Shown here: positions 47,354 to 58,035 of the stretch, piece after piece | How the letters are laid out: each line of letters opens with the position of its first letter | How positions within the stretch are numbered: the stretch's first letter is position 1 | DNA from: Phycisphaerales bacterium | Lineage (GTDB): Bacteria > Planctomycetota > Phycisphaerae > Phycisphaerales > UBA1924 | DNA: 64,000 nucleotides | Reading direction: 5' to 3' | Assembly (NCBI GenBank): GCA_041661205.1 | Contig: JBAZUW010000001.1 | Coordinates: 2,736 to 66,735 of the forward strand | Notes under the pieces: generated by a model | What the model was told of the DNA's origin: nothing | Databases searched by the model: none | The model's input: the letters and a program-made list of their open reading frames with translations, nothing else | Position numbers and translations under genes: made by a program

Positions 47354-48322
47354 TCAGACACGCTGCTGTTGGGACAGAAGTGCGTTGCCACACGTGATCT
47401 TGCTCTCGTCCTCCTCCTTGCTGGCAATGAACACGATCACGTCGTAGCCAGCATCGCGGAGGCTCTCTTCCACCTCCCGGTATGGAGCATATTCCGTCCA
47501 GTCGCCCTCCGGCATCATGCCCTTGCTGTTCACCGCCCTAGTGCGATGCAGCGGCGTGAGCTTGCAGAGATACCAGTCCGGGTTGAACAGATTGCGGAGT
47601 CTGGCGCCGTCGATGTCCCATTCGCCAAGCGCGAAGTTCAGGGTGATCTTCCTTCCGTTCGGGATGATCCCCTCCATGATCCTGGCGATCTGCTCAAGCG
47701 ATGTCTGCGAGCCTCGGAACATCTTGTCGCGGGCAGCCTCGTCGGTGCTGTTGACGCTGATCTGCAAGCCTGCCTCCCCATGGAGCAGACGGTTCTTGAT
47801 GCGCATCCACTGATGCACGAACGTCTTCAGCCACTCGTTGGCCTTCGGCATCATGGTGGAGACGACCGGATGAATCGTGTACTCGGGGTCGATGTGGTCC
47901 TTGAACCACCGGGTCGCGTCCAGCACCGCCGGGTTCCATGTAGGCTCTCCCATGCGTGCGAAGTGGATGTTGAGCCTGCTGGTTCCCTCCACCTCGGGGT
48001 GCAGCTTGATCGCTGTTAGCACCTGCTGCGTCAGATCATTGAAGGTGGCATTCACCCCACGCCCGACCTTCGGGACATCGCAGAAGGTGCAGCCGGAGTC
48101 ACAACCATACTGCGTGGAGATTGTCACCACCCACTTCTCCTCCAACGGCAGCAAGGCGGTGTGGCGGACGGGAGATGGTTCACGGTCGAGCCCCATGAAC
48201 CCGGCTTTCAGGTTCACATCCTTCCCGTAATCCCCGATTGACAACATCTCCAGCTTGCCCTTCTCGCCTTGGACGATGCAGATGTCCCCGGTGGGGACCA
48301 CAAACCTATGCAGTATTTTCAT
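47354..48322 (-). CDS. RlmN/Cfr-like class A radical SAM methyltransferase
   Basis: ISTQYGCDSGCTFC, MGEP, VST, LQISVNS, C-terminal TCG. Confidence 0.85.
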   Translation of the reverse strand: MKILHRFVVPTGDICIVQGEKGKLEMLSIGDYGKDVNLKAGFMGLDREPSPVRHTALLPLEEKWVVTISTQYGCDSGCTFCDVPKVGRGVNATFNDLTQQVLTAIKLHPEVEGTSRLNIHFARMGEPTWNPAVLDATRWFKDHIDPEYTIHPVVSTMMPKANEWLKTFVHQWMRIKNRLLHGEAGLQISVNSTDEAARDKMFRGSQTSLEQIARIMEGIIPNGRKITLNFALGEWDIDGARLRNLFNPDWYLCKLTPLHRTRAVNSKGMMPEGDWTEYAPYREVEESLRDAGYDVIVFIASKEEDESKITCGNALLSQQQRV

Positions 48323-48327
48323 ATCAG

Positions 48328-48528
48328 TTAGTTCCACTTCTTTCTCGTGCTCCCCACCTTCCCAGGCAGCCCCGCCGGCACCTCGCCACCCCCGAGGCAC
48401 CCGACCTTGCGGGCGGCGCGGGCCACGTAGTGGCGGCGACCGGCGTCAACCGGCGTGCGGTCGTGGTGGTCCGGCGGCGGGGGCGTGACGGTGAGCCAGA
48501 TTGAGGGTTCGGCGGTCACGGAGTTCAC
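48328..48528 (-). CDS. small hypothetical protein
   Basis: GTG 7 nt after promoter TTGACT-17-TACTCT (48536-48564). Confidence 0.5.
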   Translation of the reverse strand: MNSVTAEPSIWLTVTPPPPDHHDRTPVDAGRRHYVARAARKVGCLGGGEVPAGLPGKVGSTRKKWN

Positions 48529-48560
48529 GGGTGAGAGAGTATGTGGAATTGTGGAGAGAG

Positions 48561-51500
48561 TCAATCGGATTCTCCACCATCTGCCATCGTCTTTCTGGCA
48601 AGGTCCACGATCCGGTTGTAGGCGTCCGTGCGCTTGGCAGGGTCCTTGGTCGTCCTCGCCTTCTTCCGCATCTCGGAGAACTCCTCCGACACTTTCTCGA
48701 ACTTCCGCAGTTCGTTGCTGCTGAACTTGCGTCCGTCGAGCTTGGCCGCCGTGCGCTCGCCGCGCAGGAAGTTGAGCCTCTCGTAGAAGTCCTCCACCGA
48801 CTGACTGCTGACGCTGCCCGGAGTTGTTAGGAACCGCGCGCCGGGCCATTGCCGGGTGGCGGTGCCCTCCTCGTCGGTGAAGAAGGAGATGATGTTGTCG
48901 ATGACGTTGTGCGTGGCTTGCCGCCCGATGCCCCCGGTGGTCGCCGCGATGGCATAGTCCACCTTGGCTGGGGACATGCCCAGCGCGTTGCCGATCTTGC
49001 GAGCGGTTAGGCTGGTCTGCTCCGTCCACTGGTACTCCGGCGGGGCGTCCGCAAGTGCGGTCGGCACGATCGGTTTGTCGCGGAAGAAACTGTAGCCCTG
49101 CTTGCCGAACGAGACCTCCCCCAATGTCAGCAATGCCTGCGGCACCGGGTTGGGGATGGACTGCTTGAGCATGTACTGCGGGAAGTCCTTCACCTTGTCC
49201 GGCTCGTTCTGTTTGAACCACGACAGGATCTCACCGGGGATGGTGGCAAAGATGACCCCCTGCTCGAAGGGAACCGGAACCCGGAGGAACTTGGTCTTGC
49301 CGTCGTCGCCCTTGCCGATCGGGATGAGGAAGAACCCGCGGCGCTCCCACTTCGGCCGGTCCCAGTAGTCCTCGTCGTCCCAGTTGAGGGCCTGCTCGAT
49401 GAGCTTCGGGATGGTGATCCACGCCATCCCCTGCATGAGGGTCCGCACTGGACGGTCCTTGATGGCACGGTAGAAGGAAACCTGCCCCTGCAACTGTGCG
49501 TTCCAGAACGCGACGAGGTGGCGCAGGATCTTGGTCTTGGCTCCCCCCTTGGCAAAATCCTGCCGGTCGCGGGCCTCGAACGCGGCGAGCCGGCGGGCGT
49601 CCCCTTCGCTCATCCCCTCCTTGACCCGTGCCCGGAATGCCTTGTCGTACTCGCCGACCCGGGTGACGGTCTCTGCCAAGCCGGTGAGCCAGCGTAGCGC
49701 GTACAGTGGGCTCTTGGCCACGATCAACGCCCGCTCGGCCGGGGTCAGCTCCTTGACGATCTTGCGGCGCAGGAACTCCTGGCGCTTTTTCTGGTCAAAG
49801 AACCACGCCTCGATGGCGTTCTCCCCGCCAGCGGCCTTCCACTCCATCACCAGCTTCGGGTTGCCGATCATGGCGGCCATGCCGCGCGCAGCCGCCTCGA
49901 ACGGCAGCATGCCGTAGCGGTTGATCACCGCGCTGCTCACGTTGTCCCGGATCACGTTGGCAAGCGAGAAGGCGACATCCAGCACCACCCCGCTGCGCAG
50001 GATGTTGGCCGGGATGGCGAGCGCCTTGATGATCGTGCCAGAGTCCTCAAGGTCGAGAGCGTTGAACGTGTCGAACACGTCCTTGTTCACGCGCACGAAC
50101 TGCGCGGTGCCATCCGGCTTGGTTCCCTTGATGATGTTCTCACCCCACGGTGCCTGTCGGCTCTGTTGGAAGAACTCAGCCACCACATCGTCCGGCACCG
50201 CGGACATATCCGCCCCGGCGGCTTCGAGCTGCTCGCGGATACGCTCGACGGGGACCTTCACGGCATCCTTCGGCGCAGCGATGCGCTCCACCCACGCTCC
50301 GCTGCCGGGCTTGTCGGCCATGGCGATCAGGTTCTCGCGCACCGCGGCCTTCTCCGCTGCCGTGATGATGGTGTAGGCGTTGCGGAGCATCGTCTCCAGA
50401 GGGTCGATGATCGGCCGCGGGCTGCCTGCCCTTCCGCGCAGTGAGCCGGGCTTGCCGACGTTGAGCCCGCGCCCCGTCCCTCCACCCCCGTCCATCGCGG
50501 ACACCTCGCCCGCGCCGATCTCGAACAGACGGTGGAACGGCACGTAGTCCTGGTTCATCTTGCGCATGGCGTCCGCGCCCTCCTGGCTGACCAGCCCTGC
50601 GTCAACCGAGTACTGCAAGACCGCATCGTTCCACGCCTTGACCTTGGTGAACGCGTCCTGGAACACCGGGTCGTTCTCGTATCGCGCCGCCGTGGCCTGG
50701 ACATCGACATCCTGCATGCCGGTCTCCTTGCCCTGGGCGTGCAACTCGCGGGCCTGCATGGCAACGATCCAGCGGCGGAACTCGTTGAGCCTCCCTCTCA
50801 CACCCTCAAGCGCGTGCTGCAACCCGGTGCCGGGAGTCACCGCCTTGGTCTTGAAGTCAACCGCCCCGCCTGTGATGAACACGTTGGCCATCCCGTAGCT
50901 GCCGCGCAGCAGCCGCGCGCCCATGTAGGCGCTCTCGGAGGGCTTCAGCGCAACACCGCGCCGCTCGATGTTCTTCTCCGCGTTGTGGAGGATGTGCAGG
51001 TCGTCCACCATGTCCCGGATCAACTGCGCTCCGGTGTACTTGGTGCCGTTCGGGTTGGACGTGATGATGTGTGCGTCGATGCGCGCCTCGTCGGGCGCCG
51101 AGCGCCAGATGCGGATGTCCTCCTGCGCCTGGCGCATCACGTCGCCGAAGTCCTTGTTGGCGTCGAGGATGTCCTCGAACACGCTGTGGGTCACCGGGGC
51201 CGAGCGCACCGCGCGCGCCGGGTCCGTCAGCCAGTAGCGCACGAACTCCGCCACCCCTTCGCCCATCTTGTAGGCACGGCTCCGGGATTTCGTCCAACTG
51301 GACCGGGAGTCCGGGGTGGCCGGGTCGCCGAGGACGTTCAGCTCGGCAGCGATCCTCGTGTCGGCCGACATGCCCGTCAGGGCGTCCAGCTTGTGCCCCA
51401 CCTCGTGGGACACCGTGGGCAGGTCGATCGCTTTGGCCGAGCCGATCAGGTCCTGCACCCGCTTGAAGTAGCCCGCGAAACGGGGCGTCGTGAGCCTGCC

Positions 51501-54500
51501 GTAGCGGATCGGAATCTTCAACCCCTTGGCGAGATCACGGATGATCTGGTCAAGCCCCTTGATCGGCCCGCTGGTGGCCGTGGCCAGCAACGTCGGGAGT
51601 GTCGCGCCCCCACGCGCTCCGACCGCGCCAGCGGTGCCGCCGGCTTCACCAACATCCACCATCTCCCCCGCCGCGAACGTCGTGTCCGCGCCAAACAACC
51701 CCGCCGCCTTGACCTCCACGCTGCCGTCCGGGTTGACCGTGACCTTGCTCACCCGGTGAACGTTGCGCCCCTTGCGGATCAGGTCGCCGGGCTGGAGTGC
51801 GGTGGCCGCCTTGGTGCCGGGCTCGCCCTCCGGTGCCGGTGGCGCGGCGTCCGGGGTGACCGGCGGCGCGGCGTCCGGGGTGACCGGCGGTGGCGGGGTG
51901 GGGGTGGCCGGCTCAACGGAAGATGTCCCTAATGCAGGCGGCGAATCCGTAGATGGTAAAGAACCAGAGGATAGCGAAGGCGATTCAGTCGAGGGTGTCC
52001 ATGGTGTTGTTTCTGCTGACGCTGGTGCTTGAGGGAGCCGGAATCGGGCGAATCGTTCGTCGAATGCGGTTCTTTTTTCATCGGATACTTTGGATACCCG
52101 ATACTCTCCAATGACCCCATACGGAGGTCCTCCGGTATTGTCTCCCGCGAAATTGGCGATGGCTTCCTCGAAGGTCCGGTAGTTCGTGTGCCCTATCGGA
52201 GCGCCTTTCTTGGTGCGTGTGGCGCGGTAAGGGTAGTCAGGGTTCTGGTCAGGGGTGATGATGACCCGAATATCGGGCTCGGTGTTGCTTTGCAGTTCCG
52301 CCGCCTTCGCGTCCCCAACCTCTCCGAGGATCTTGGCCACCGAGCGATCAATCTTCTGCGAGTTGATCTCAAAAACGTCGAACTCTCCCCGCTTTGTCCG
52401 ACGCCGTATCTCCCTCTCGTAGAAATCGCGTGTGGCAAAGTCAGCGGGGAGTTCCGTGAACCTGTCAAGAAGCGCCTCGTTCGTCAGAGGCAACACCTCC
52501 TCCTCCAGGTAGCTCTTCTCGAACTTCCCAAGGTCCTCTGGGTAGTTTGTCTCTTTCCCCCACTGCTCCGCTGTTATGGTGGGTTCCGCCGCGACAGTTG
52601 CCCCCGAGGCAACTTGTTCACCGGATTCGGCCATTTCACCGGGGGGTGAAACGGGGGGCCGCAGTGAATCAATGAAGTCCTTCTCGTCGTCCGTCTTCGC
52701 GTCAAACTCGGCTTCTAGTTCCGCCAGCTTGGCCGCCACCTTCTCCGGCGTGTCAATCTCCCCGACTTGGATCACTTGGCCCGGCTCCCAATCCTGTCCC
52801 GTCCTGCCGGAACGAACCGCCCGGTTCTGTAGCTCTTGGAAAGCCCATGCCTTGCGCGCTTCCGCGTATCGGTCAGGCGTGGCAGCAACCCCCGCCCCCG
52901 CAGGGGCGGGGGCCGCCGGCTCGGGGGCTACTTGCAGCCGCCCTTGCCCTTGCCGCCCTTGCCTTTGCTTTTCGTCTTCATTGGTGGTGGTTGGGGTTGT
53001 GGGGGGAGAGGGTTGCGACGAGGCGTCGGCGGTGCGATAAACACCGCTTGTTTTTCGGTTGGATGAAGCTACAATAGCAGCATGTCGATTCAAAAGGTCT
53101 GCCTCGCCTGCGGGAAAGAATTTTCCGTCCTCCCCTATCGTGCCGAGACGGCTAAGTTCTGTTCGAGAAGCTGCACTTCTAAATTCTGGTACCCCTTTAA
53201 TGTCAACAGGCGCGAATCCGTTCTGGGGAAGAAGCCTGCTGACTTCGCCCGGATTGAGATCGCTTGTAAAAAGTGCGGGCGCAAGTTCCGCATCTCTCCC
53301 AGCAGACAGGGACGCAAGAAGTTTTGCTCTAAGCGCTGCTACGGCGATGCGTGTCTCCGCCCGAATACGACTCGCTACCACAAGATCCACGTCGGCGGGA
53401 AGCAAATCGGAGAGCATAGATGGGTTCTCTCGAACCATCTCGGGAGAGACCTTCTCCCCCACGAAATCGTTCATCACCTCAACGGGGATAAGTCTGACAA
53501 CCGCATCGAGAATCTGGCCCTCATTGATAAATCCAACCACACCCGGGTCCACTCCATTGAGCGCTACGAGCTTCGGCAGCAGACCTACGGTTGAAGGCTC
53601 CGGCTGCCCGGTGGGTTGACTATTTGGCGTGGCCGCCGTTTCGGCGCGCACTTCGGCGGCGGCTTGGGAAATCTGCGCCTCGATGTCTGCCTCGGCCGCG
53701 GCGACAGGTTGCCGGCCGGTGGATGCGTCCGCACCCTCTGCGGTAATGGGTGCTTCCGCATCCACCGGGACTGCTGGACCACTGATAATGGGTGCTTTAG
53801 CAGCCGTTCCCGGCGTAACTGTTTCGGCGGCGGCCAGTTTGAACTTGCCGGTCTGGTAGTCGTAATCCTCCGAGACGTTTTCCAACGGGACGGGGCGGCT
53901 CGCGCCATCATACCAGTACACCTTGCCGTCTCCGGCCACCAAGAAGCCTTGCGGAATGTCCTTCGGCCGCTGCATGAACACCTCGAACATGGAGTCCGGG
54001 TCAGAGAACGTCCGGGCGTCCGGGTCTTCGTTGATCTGCGCTTCAGCGGTCGCCAGGTCTCCTTCCTGGAGGGCTCGGCTCTTCGGCAGGATAGCCGCCC
54101 GGTCTTCGCTGCTCCGAGGGCGATAGCCGACACGCCCGTCGAAGATGAAGCCGAACTTTTCAAGCCACGTCTTGATCTGCGCCGGGCTCATGTCCCCGGA
54201 GGCCATCCTCTGGCCGACATTCGCCGCCGCTCTTGCCGGGTCCACCGTCACCGAGATCGACATATCCCGCTTGTCAGCCTCCGCCACGATGCGCCCCATC
54301 TCACGAGTGGAAGCGCCTTGCTTGCGTGCGGCCGGGTCACTCAACCCCATGAAGTCCACCTCGATGTCACCGGCATACTGCTCGCCGTTGAACTCCGCGA
54401 TCTCAGAGTCGTCCTTGATCGTGACCTCCACCCCTTCGTCGTTCACGTAGTTGCCAACCGGACCATCCATCGGGCGCGGCAGCCTGCGCCCTTTCTGGTC

Positions 54501-56591
54501 TGTTGGAGCCAAGGCATCGGAGAATTTGTTGGCGTCAAGCCTCTTCGGGGTTTCGGTTGGGGGCGTAACATCAAGCGTGGCTTGATCTGCCGCGCGGGCA
54601 ATCTGCCCCTCGATGTCCGTCTCCGCCTCGGCCACGGTCTGCCGGCCGGCGGCGTCCGCAACGGCAACCACCGCCCGTGCCGACTCGGGGGAGCCGGACA
54701 GCGCCTCCATGGCGAGGCCCCTGGCCTCCTTGATCGCCGCTCCCGCCTCGCCGGCCACCAGCGTTGCGGCTGGCCCGGCCACGAGCCCCACCTTGGCAGC
54801 TCGCACCGCCCTGTCCCACGCGTCGGCGAGGTTGGTGTCCGGGTCGGCCATGAGGAACGCACTCAGATACTGGTCGATGCCCTCCTCGGTGGCCTCGCCG
54901 ACCGCCGACTCGATGGTGTCGCGCGCCAGTGCTCGCAGCTCCGGCACCTTGGCGATGTTCTTGATCCCGGCCGCCCGCGCCGCAGCGAGGGTCTCACGCA
55001 GCGTGGCCCGCCCCGCCCCGCCAGCGGCGAGGCTCCCAGCGGCACGCTCGACGCCACCCGCCCGGCCCATGAACACACTGGTGATGATCGCCGTGGACAC
55101 GCCGGTCTTGACTGCCTTCTCACGGGCATCCGGATCTCCCTCGGACACGAGCTGGGCGTAGTTGGACCCGGCGGACTGGAAGCCGGCGGCGACGGCCGCC
55201 GAGGTGGTGCCCGCCTTGGCCGCGGTGCTGGCTCCCGCACCAAGCAGGGAGGTGATCCGGCCGACTGCCGCCGCCGGTAGCATCTGCGCCCCGAGGGGGA
55301 CAACCTGCTGCGCCACGTCACCGGCAAGCCCCGTCTCCGGCAGGCCGGAGGCGATCATGGCCGAGGCTTCCGACGCCCCGGCAGCGGCCTCTCCCGCGGC
55401 GTCGATCCCGGCAACCCCGGCCACGCCGAGCACCTGGGTGGCGAGGTCGTTGGCGCCGAGGGCGAAGCGCCCCGCCATGCCGCGCATGAACGACCGCACG
55501 GCCGGGGTCGGGTCCACCACCGCTGCCTCGTAGTCGCGCACGAAGGCGGCGGAGCCGAAGTCCTCCTTGCGCCCGTTGGCGTTGGCCCACTCCTCGGGAC
55601 CGACCATCTTGCCAACCGCCGCGCGGGTGAGCCCGAAGCTCCCAAGGCTGCCGGCAAACGTGGCGGAGTTCACCATGGACGCTGCGGCCTCGTAGCCGGT
55701 GAGCTTGGACGTTGCGATGGCGTCGGCCACCCGGGGGAGCTTGGCCATGAGCGCGGCCTTGGCTTCCTCGGGGACATTGGCCTTGGCAACTGCGGCGTAG
55801 GCACGGTCGGGGTCCAGCCAGGTGGAGTCCTGCGGGTTGGGCAGCAGGGTGCCGTCGGAGAGGATGCGCAGCGGGCCTTCGTCCTTCTTCCAAGGACGGT
55901 ATTGCTCCACACTGTCCCTCCACGCAGTCTGCATCTGCTCGTCGGTCAGGCCGTAGGTCTGCTGGAACTTGTCGAACACGCCACGCGTGGCGTCCGCGTC
56001 GGCAGCGAACCCGGCCTGGTCGAGACGGCCGCCGACCTTCTGCGCAAGGCCAGCCACGGCCTGACCTATCCCTTCCAGCAGGGAAGGGTCCTCGGACACA
56101 CGCGTCATGATTGGCGGGTTCCACCGACCCTGATCGTCCCGGCGCAGGTCCTTGTCCCACGCTCCCTGCGCGGCGGTGGTGAACGAGCCGAGCAGACCCT
56201 CCTGCTGGAAGGTGTCGAGGAGGGACTTGGAGAGAGCGGAGGCGGCGGGGCGGGGCGCTGCTTGCGGGGTGACTTGCGTGGTAGGTTGCGCGGTGGCTTG
56301 CGCGGTGGCTTGCGTGGCCGCGCCTTCCGGTCGCACGCCAAGCCGAGTGCGCTCGGCGGCCTGCGCCTCCACCAGTTCGGCGGAGTTCATGGTTGCCGGG
56401 TCGGGGGCGAGAGCGGATTCCGGCGGTGGTGATGCCGGATTGCGGGGAGTTGCGGCGGCGGGGGGTTCCCCGGAAAGTTGCCCTTCGAGTTCGGCGATCA
56501 GCGACGGGTCGGTGACGAAGCCGTCCCCTCCTCCACCTGCCATGGAGTCTAGTTCACGAATGAGTTCCGGATCGGTGACATATTCGGGCAT
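48561..56591 (-). CDS. giant internal-virion / large polyvalent protein (GNAT-like, zincin HEXXH, LPD38-like C-terminus)
   Basis: 2676 aa; P.ARKQG...AD...[14 protein letters not shown]...EGVAEF, W..RPKWER..FFLIP..RVPVPFE.G. Confidence 0.8.
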   Translation of the reverse strand: MPEYVTDPELIRELDSMAGGGGDGFVTDPSLIAELEGQLSGEPPAAATPRNPASPPPESALAPDPATMNSAELVEAQAAERTRLGVRPEGAATQATAQATAQPTTQVTPQAAPRPAASALSKSLLDTFQQEGLLGSFTTAAQGAWDKDLRRDDQGRWNPPIMTRVSEDPSLLEGIGQAVAGLAQKVGGRLDQAGFAADADATRGVFDKFQQTYGLTDEQMQTAWRDSVEQYRPWKKDEGPLRILSDGTLLPNPQDSTWLDPDRAYAAVAKANVPEEAKAALMAKLPRVADAIATSKLTGYEAAASMVNSATFAGSLGSFGLTRAAVGKMVGPEEWANANGRKEDFGSAAFVRDYEAAVVDPTPAVRSFMRGMAGRFALGANDLATQVLGVAGVAGIDAAGEAAAGASEASAMIASGLPETGLAGDVAQQVVPLGAQMLPAAAVGRITSLLGAGASTAAKAGTTSAAVAAGFQSAGSNYAQLVSEGDPDAREKAVKTGVSTAIITSVFMGRAGGVERAAGSLAAGGAGRATLRETLAAARAAGIKNIAKVPELRALARDTIESAVGEATEEGIDQYLSAFLMADPDTNLADAWDRAVRAAKVGLVAGPAATLVAGEAGAAIKEARGLAMEALSGSPESARAVVAVADAAGRQTVAEAETDIEGQIARAADQATLDVTPPTETPKRLDANKFSDALAPTDQKGRRLPRPMDGPVGNYVNDEGVEVTIKDDSEIAEFNGEQYAGDIEVDFMGLSDPAARKQGASTREMGRIVAEADKRDMSISVTVDPARAAANVGQRMASGDMSPAQIKTWLEKFGFIFDGRVGYRPRSSEDRAAILPKSRALQEGDLATAEAQINEDPDARTFSDPDSMFEVFMQRPKDIPQGFLVAGDGKVYWYDGASRPVPLENVSEDYDYQTGKFKLAAAETVTPGTAAKAPIISGPAVPVDAEAPITAEGADASTGRQPVAAAEADIEAQISQAAAEVRAETAATPNSQPTGQPEPSTVGLLPKLVALNGVDPGVVGFINEGQILDAVVRLIPVEVMNDFVGEKVSPEMVRENPSMLSDLLPADVDLVVASRIRAETRIAVAALRAKLLASLSAGRDAELAPALFTSDLNPGEVSRLLPQNGFAPVDIKGVPEFRSAASRTELSRLGTIGEDGKFFPAGEADLLNRHAAIVASSNRKTSGVYRTADASSQPSPPTTPTTTNEDEKQRQGRQGQGRLQVAPEPAAPAPAGAGVAATPDRYAEARKAWAFQELQNRAVRSGRTGQDWEPGQVIQVGEIDTPEKVAAKLAELEAEFDAKTDDEKDFIDSLRPPVSPPGEMAESGEQVASGATVAAEPTITAEQWGKETNYPEDLGKFEKSYLEEEVLPLTNEALLDRFTELPADFATRDFYEREIRRRTKRGEFDVFEINSQKIDRSVAKILGEVGDAKAAELQSNTEPDIRVIITPDQNPDYPYRATRTKKGAPIGHTNYRTFEEAIANFAGDNTGGPPYGVIGEYRVSKVSDEKRTAFDERFARFRLPQAPASAETTPWTPSTESPSLSSGSLPSTDSPPALGTSSVEPATPTPPPPVTPDAAPPVTPDAAPPAPEGEPGTKAATALQPGDLIRKGRNVHRVSKVTVNPDGSVEVKAAGLFGADTTFAAGEMVDVGEAGGTAGAVGARGGATLPTLLATATSGPIKGLDQIIRDLAKGLKIPIRYGRLTTPRFAGYFKRVQDLIGSAKAIDLPTVSHEVGHKLDALTGMSADTRIAAELNVLGDPATPDSRSSWTKSRSRAYKMGEGVAEFVRYWLTDPARAVRSAPVTHSVFEDILDANKDFGDVMRQAQEDIRIWRSAPDEARIDAHIITSNPNGTKYTGAQLIRDMVDDLHILHNAEKNIERRGVALKPSESAYMGARLLRGSYGMANVFITGGAVDFKTKAVTPGTGLQHALEGVRGRLNEFRRWIVAMQARELHAQGKETGMQDVDVQATAARYENDPVFQDAFTKVKAWNDAVLQYSVDAGLVSQEGADAMRKMNQDYVPFHRLFEIGAGEVSAMDGGGGTGRGLNVGKPGSLRGRAGSPRPIIDPLETMLRNAYTIITAAEKAAVRENLIAMADKPGSGAWVERIAAPKDAVKVPVERIREQLEAAGADMSAVPDDVVAEFFQQSRQAPWGENIIKGTKPDGTAQFVRVNKDVFDTFNALDLEDSGTIIKALAIPANILRSGVVLDVAFSLANVIRDNVSSAVINRYGMLPFEAAARGMAAMIGNPKLVMEWKAAGGENAIEAWFFDQKKRQEFLRRKIVKELTPAERALIVAKSPLYALRWLTGLAETVTRVGEYDKAFRARVKEGMSEGDARRLAAFEARDRQDFAKGGAKTKILRHLVAFWNAQLQGQVSFYRAIKDRPVRTLMQGMAWITIPKLIEQALNWDDEDYWDRPKWERRGFFLIPIGKGDDGKTKFLRVPVPFEQGVIFATIPGEILSWFKQNEPDKVKDFPQYMLKQSIPNPVPQALLTLGEVSFGKQGYSFFRDKPIVPTALADAPPEYQWTEQTSLTARKIGNALGMSPAKVDYAIAATTGGIGRQATHNVIDNIISFFTDEEGTATRQWPGARFLTTPGSVSSQSVEDFYERLNFLRGERTAAKLDGRKFSSNELRKFEKVSEEFSEMRKKARTTKDPAKRTDAYNRIVDLARKTMADGGESD
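53048..53075 (+). promoter_or_regulatory. leaderless promoter for nested antisense HNH gene
   Basis: TTGTTT-16-TACAAT-6-ATG 53082. Confidence 0.7.
53082..53594 (+). mobile_element. Zn-finger HNH endonuclease nested antisense in the giant ORF
   Basis: Two C..CG..F...FCS..C fingers; EHR.V...LGR.L...[18 protein letters not shown]...H...H. Confidence 0.9.
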
Positions 56592-56628
56592 GGGTGGACA
56601 GTGTTGTGTAATTGTGGAAAAGTCAACA

Positions 56629-57684
56629 TCATTTTACGACTGGTTTCCATCCGCCCGGATGCTTCTCGTAGGTCACTCCTCGGAGTGTTCTGCGGGGCAA
56701 GGCTGCTGGGGCCGCGGCGGGGGCTTTGCCTTCCGCCGACGCCGCGCCCGTTCCATCTACCCTGCCTACACCAAGGTCCGCGCCCATCGCCTGTGCCTCG
56801 CGCCACACCTGCCGGCGGATCGTTTTGTCCTTCTTGGAGATGTCCCCGGCGCCGTTCACGTAGTCCTCCTCCTTGGAGTTGAGCGCTATGTTCATCTCGG
56901 CGGCCAGGCGCTCGGCGGCGGGCATCTTCTTGTCCGTGAGCCCATCCCCCTTCGTGGCCGGGAAGCGCCCGTCATCCGCCACAGCAGTCTCCAACGACTT
57001 GCGCCGCGTGGCGCGGTCGGCGGCGTCGTCCGCCCCGGCGCGCCGGAGGTTGCCACGCTCGACGATGAACCCGTGCTGGAGCAGTTGTTCGGTGAGCTTC
57101 TGGTCCCGCTCGGCAGCGCCACGCTGCGCTGCCAGCTCCTCGGGGGTGGCGGCGGCGTCCAGATCCTCCACGGGGACTCCCGCAGCGGCGGCCTTGATGC
57201 GCTCCGCGTCGTACACCTTGTCCCGCGACATCTGGTAGCGCCGGTCATCGCGCTCGGCCAGCTCACGATCCTGATACATCTTGTCGTAGAAAGCCAGCGA
57301 TGCCTTGGTGCCGGGCTGCTCCAGGACCTCGCGCGGGACGCTGCCGACGAACTTGTTGCGCACTTCCGGATACTGCCCGATCGGGACGGCGCCCAGCTCG
57401 GCGTGCAGGTTGGCCAGGAACTCCCCGGCGCTGGTCTCCGCCTCCTTGCGTGCCTTGTACTCCTCGTCGTCCCTGCCCCACGTGATCAGCTCCCGGTCGC
57501 GCCGGGTCCGGTTCCACCGGGAGTCAGCGAGCTTGTCAGCCGCATCGGCGGCGCGACCGGACGACGCGGCGGTGCTGCGCGCGGCGTAGAGGGACGCCAC
57601 CGGGGTCGGGGTGCCGGAGAAGAAGCTGGTGCGCGGGGCGGACGGGGCCATCTGCTCCGCGGCTAGTTCGAGCGGGTTTGCCAC
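56629..57684 (-). CDS. putative internal virion protein
   Basis: 351 aa helical; promoter TTGATT-16-TAGCCT-6-GTG; directly upstream of the giant gene. Confidence 0.65.
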   Translation of the reverse strand: MANPLELAAEQMAPSAPRTSFFSGTPTPVASLYAARSTAASSGRAADAADKLADSRWNRTRRDRELITWGRDDEEYKARKEAETSAGEFLANLHAELGAVPIGQYPEVRNKFVGSVPREVLEQPGTKASLAFYDKMYQDRELAERDDRRYQMSRDKVYDAERIKAAAAGVPVEDLDAAATPEELAAQRGAAERDQKLTEQLLQHGFIVERGNLRRAGADDAADRATRRKSLETAVADDGRFPATKGDGLTDKKMPAAERLAAEMNIALNSKEEDYVNGAGDISKKDKTIRRQVWREAQAMGADLGVGRVDGTGAASAEGKAPAAAPAALPRRTLRGVTYEKHPGGWKPVVK

Positions 57685-57690
57685 GCGGGG

Positions 57691-57731
57691 AGGCTAGCAC
57701 CGCAGGGAAAGAAATCAAGGTTTTACTTGAC
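57691..57731 (-). promoter_or_regulatory. leaderless promoter with palindromic operator
   Basis: TTGATT-16-TAGCCT; TCAAG-N6-CTTGA. Confidence 0.7.
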
Positions 57732-58035
57732 AGGGCGGGGCGGGGAGTCTCGGCCGGATGTAATAGCCACGGGCTTTGAGTGTCTCGATGACCTCATGCA
57801 CGAAAGCCGATCCCTCGAAGTCCGCAGCAACTCGCGTGGTCTTTGGCCCGTGGACATTGAAGCACGCGGGCATTTCGCCGCAGTCCACGCAGCGGTCATT
57901 CCACACGTCCTGCATGGCTTCCCCAAGAACCTCCTCGGCCGAGTTACCATCCTCACGCAACGCCTTGACGGCGGGGCATTGCTCCGTGTCATGGTCGCCG
58001 TCGCAGACGGCGCAGTGCGAGAAGTTTCCGTTCAT
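57715..58035 (-). CDS. hypothetical protein with Cys/His motifs
   Basis: CAVC..DH...C; CVDC. Confidence 0.55.
   Translation of the reverse strand: MNGNFSHCAVCDGDHDTEQCPAVKALREDGNSAEEVLGEAMQDVWNDRCVDCGEMPACFNVHGPKTTRVAADFEGSAFVHEVIETLKARGYYIRPRLPAPPCQVKP

Noticed and set aside
51840-51892. 24-bp tandem repeat
   Set aside because: Encodes a simple PPVTPDAA linker duplication.
48561-56591. Virion RNA polymerase or tape measure protein
   Set aside because: No DxDGD or T7/N4-type RNAP motifs and no tape-measure periodicity were seen; the motifs fit a polyvalent protein.
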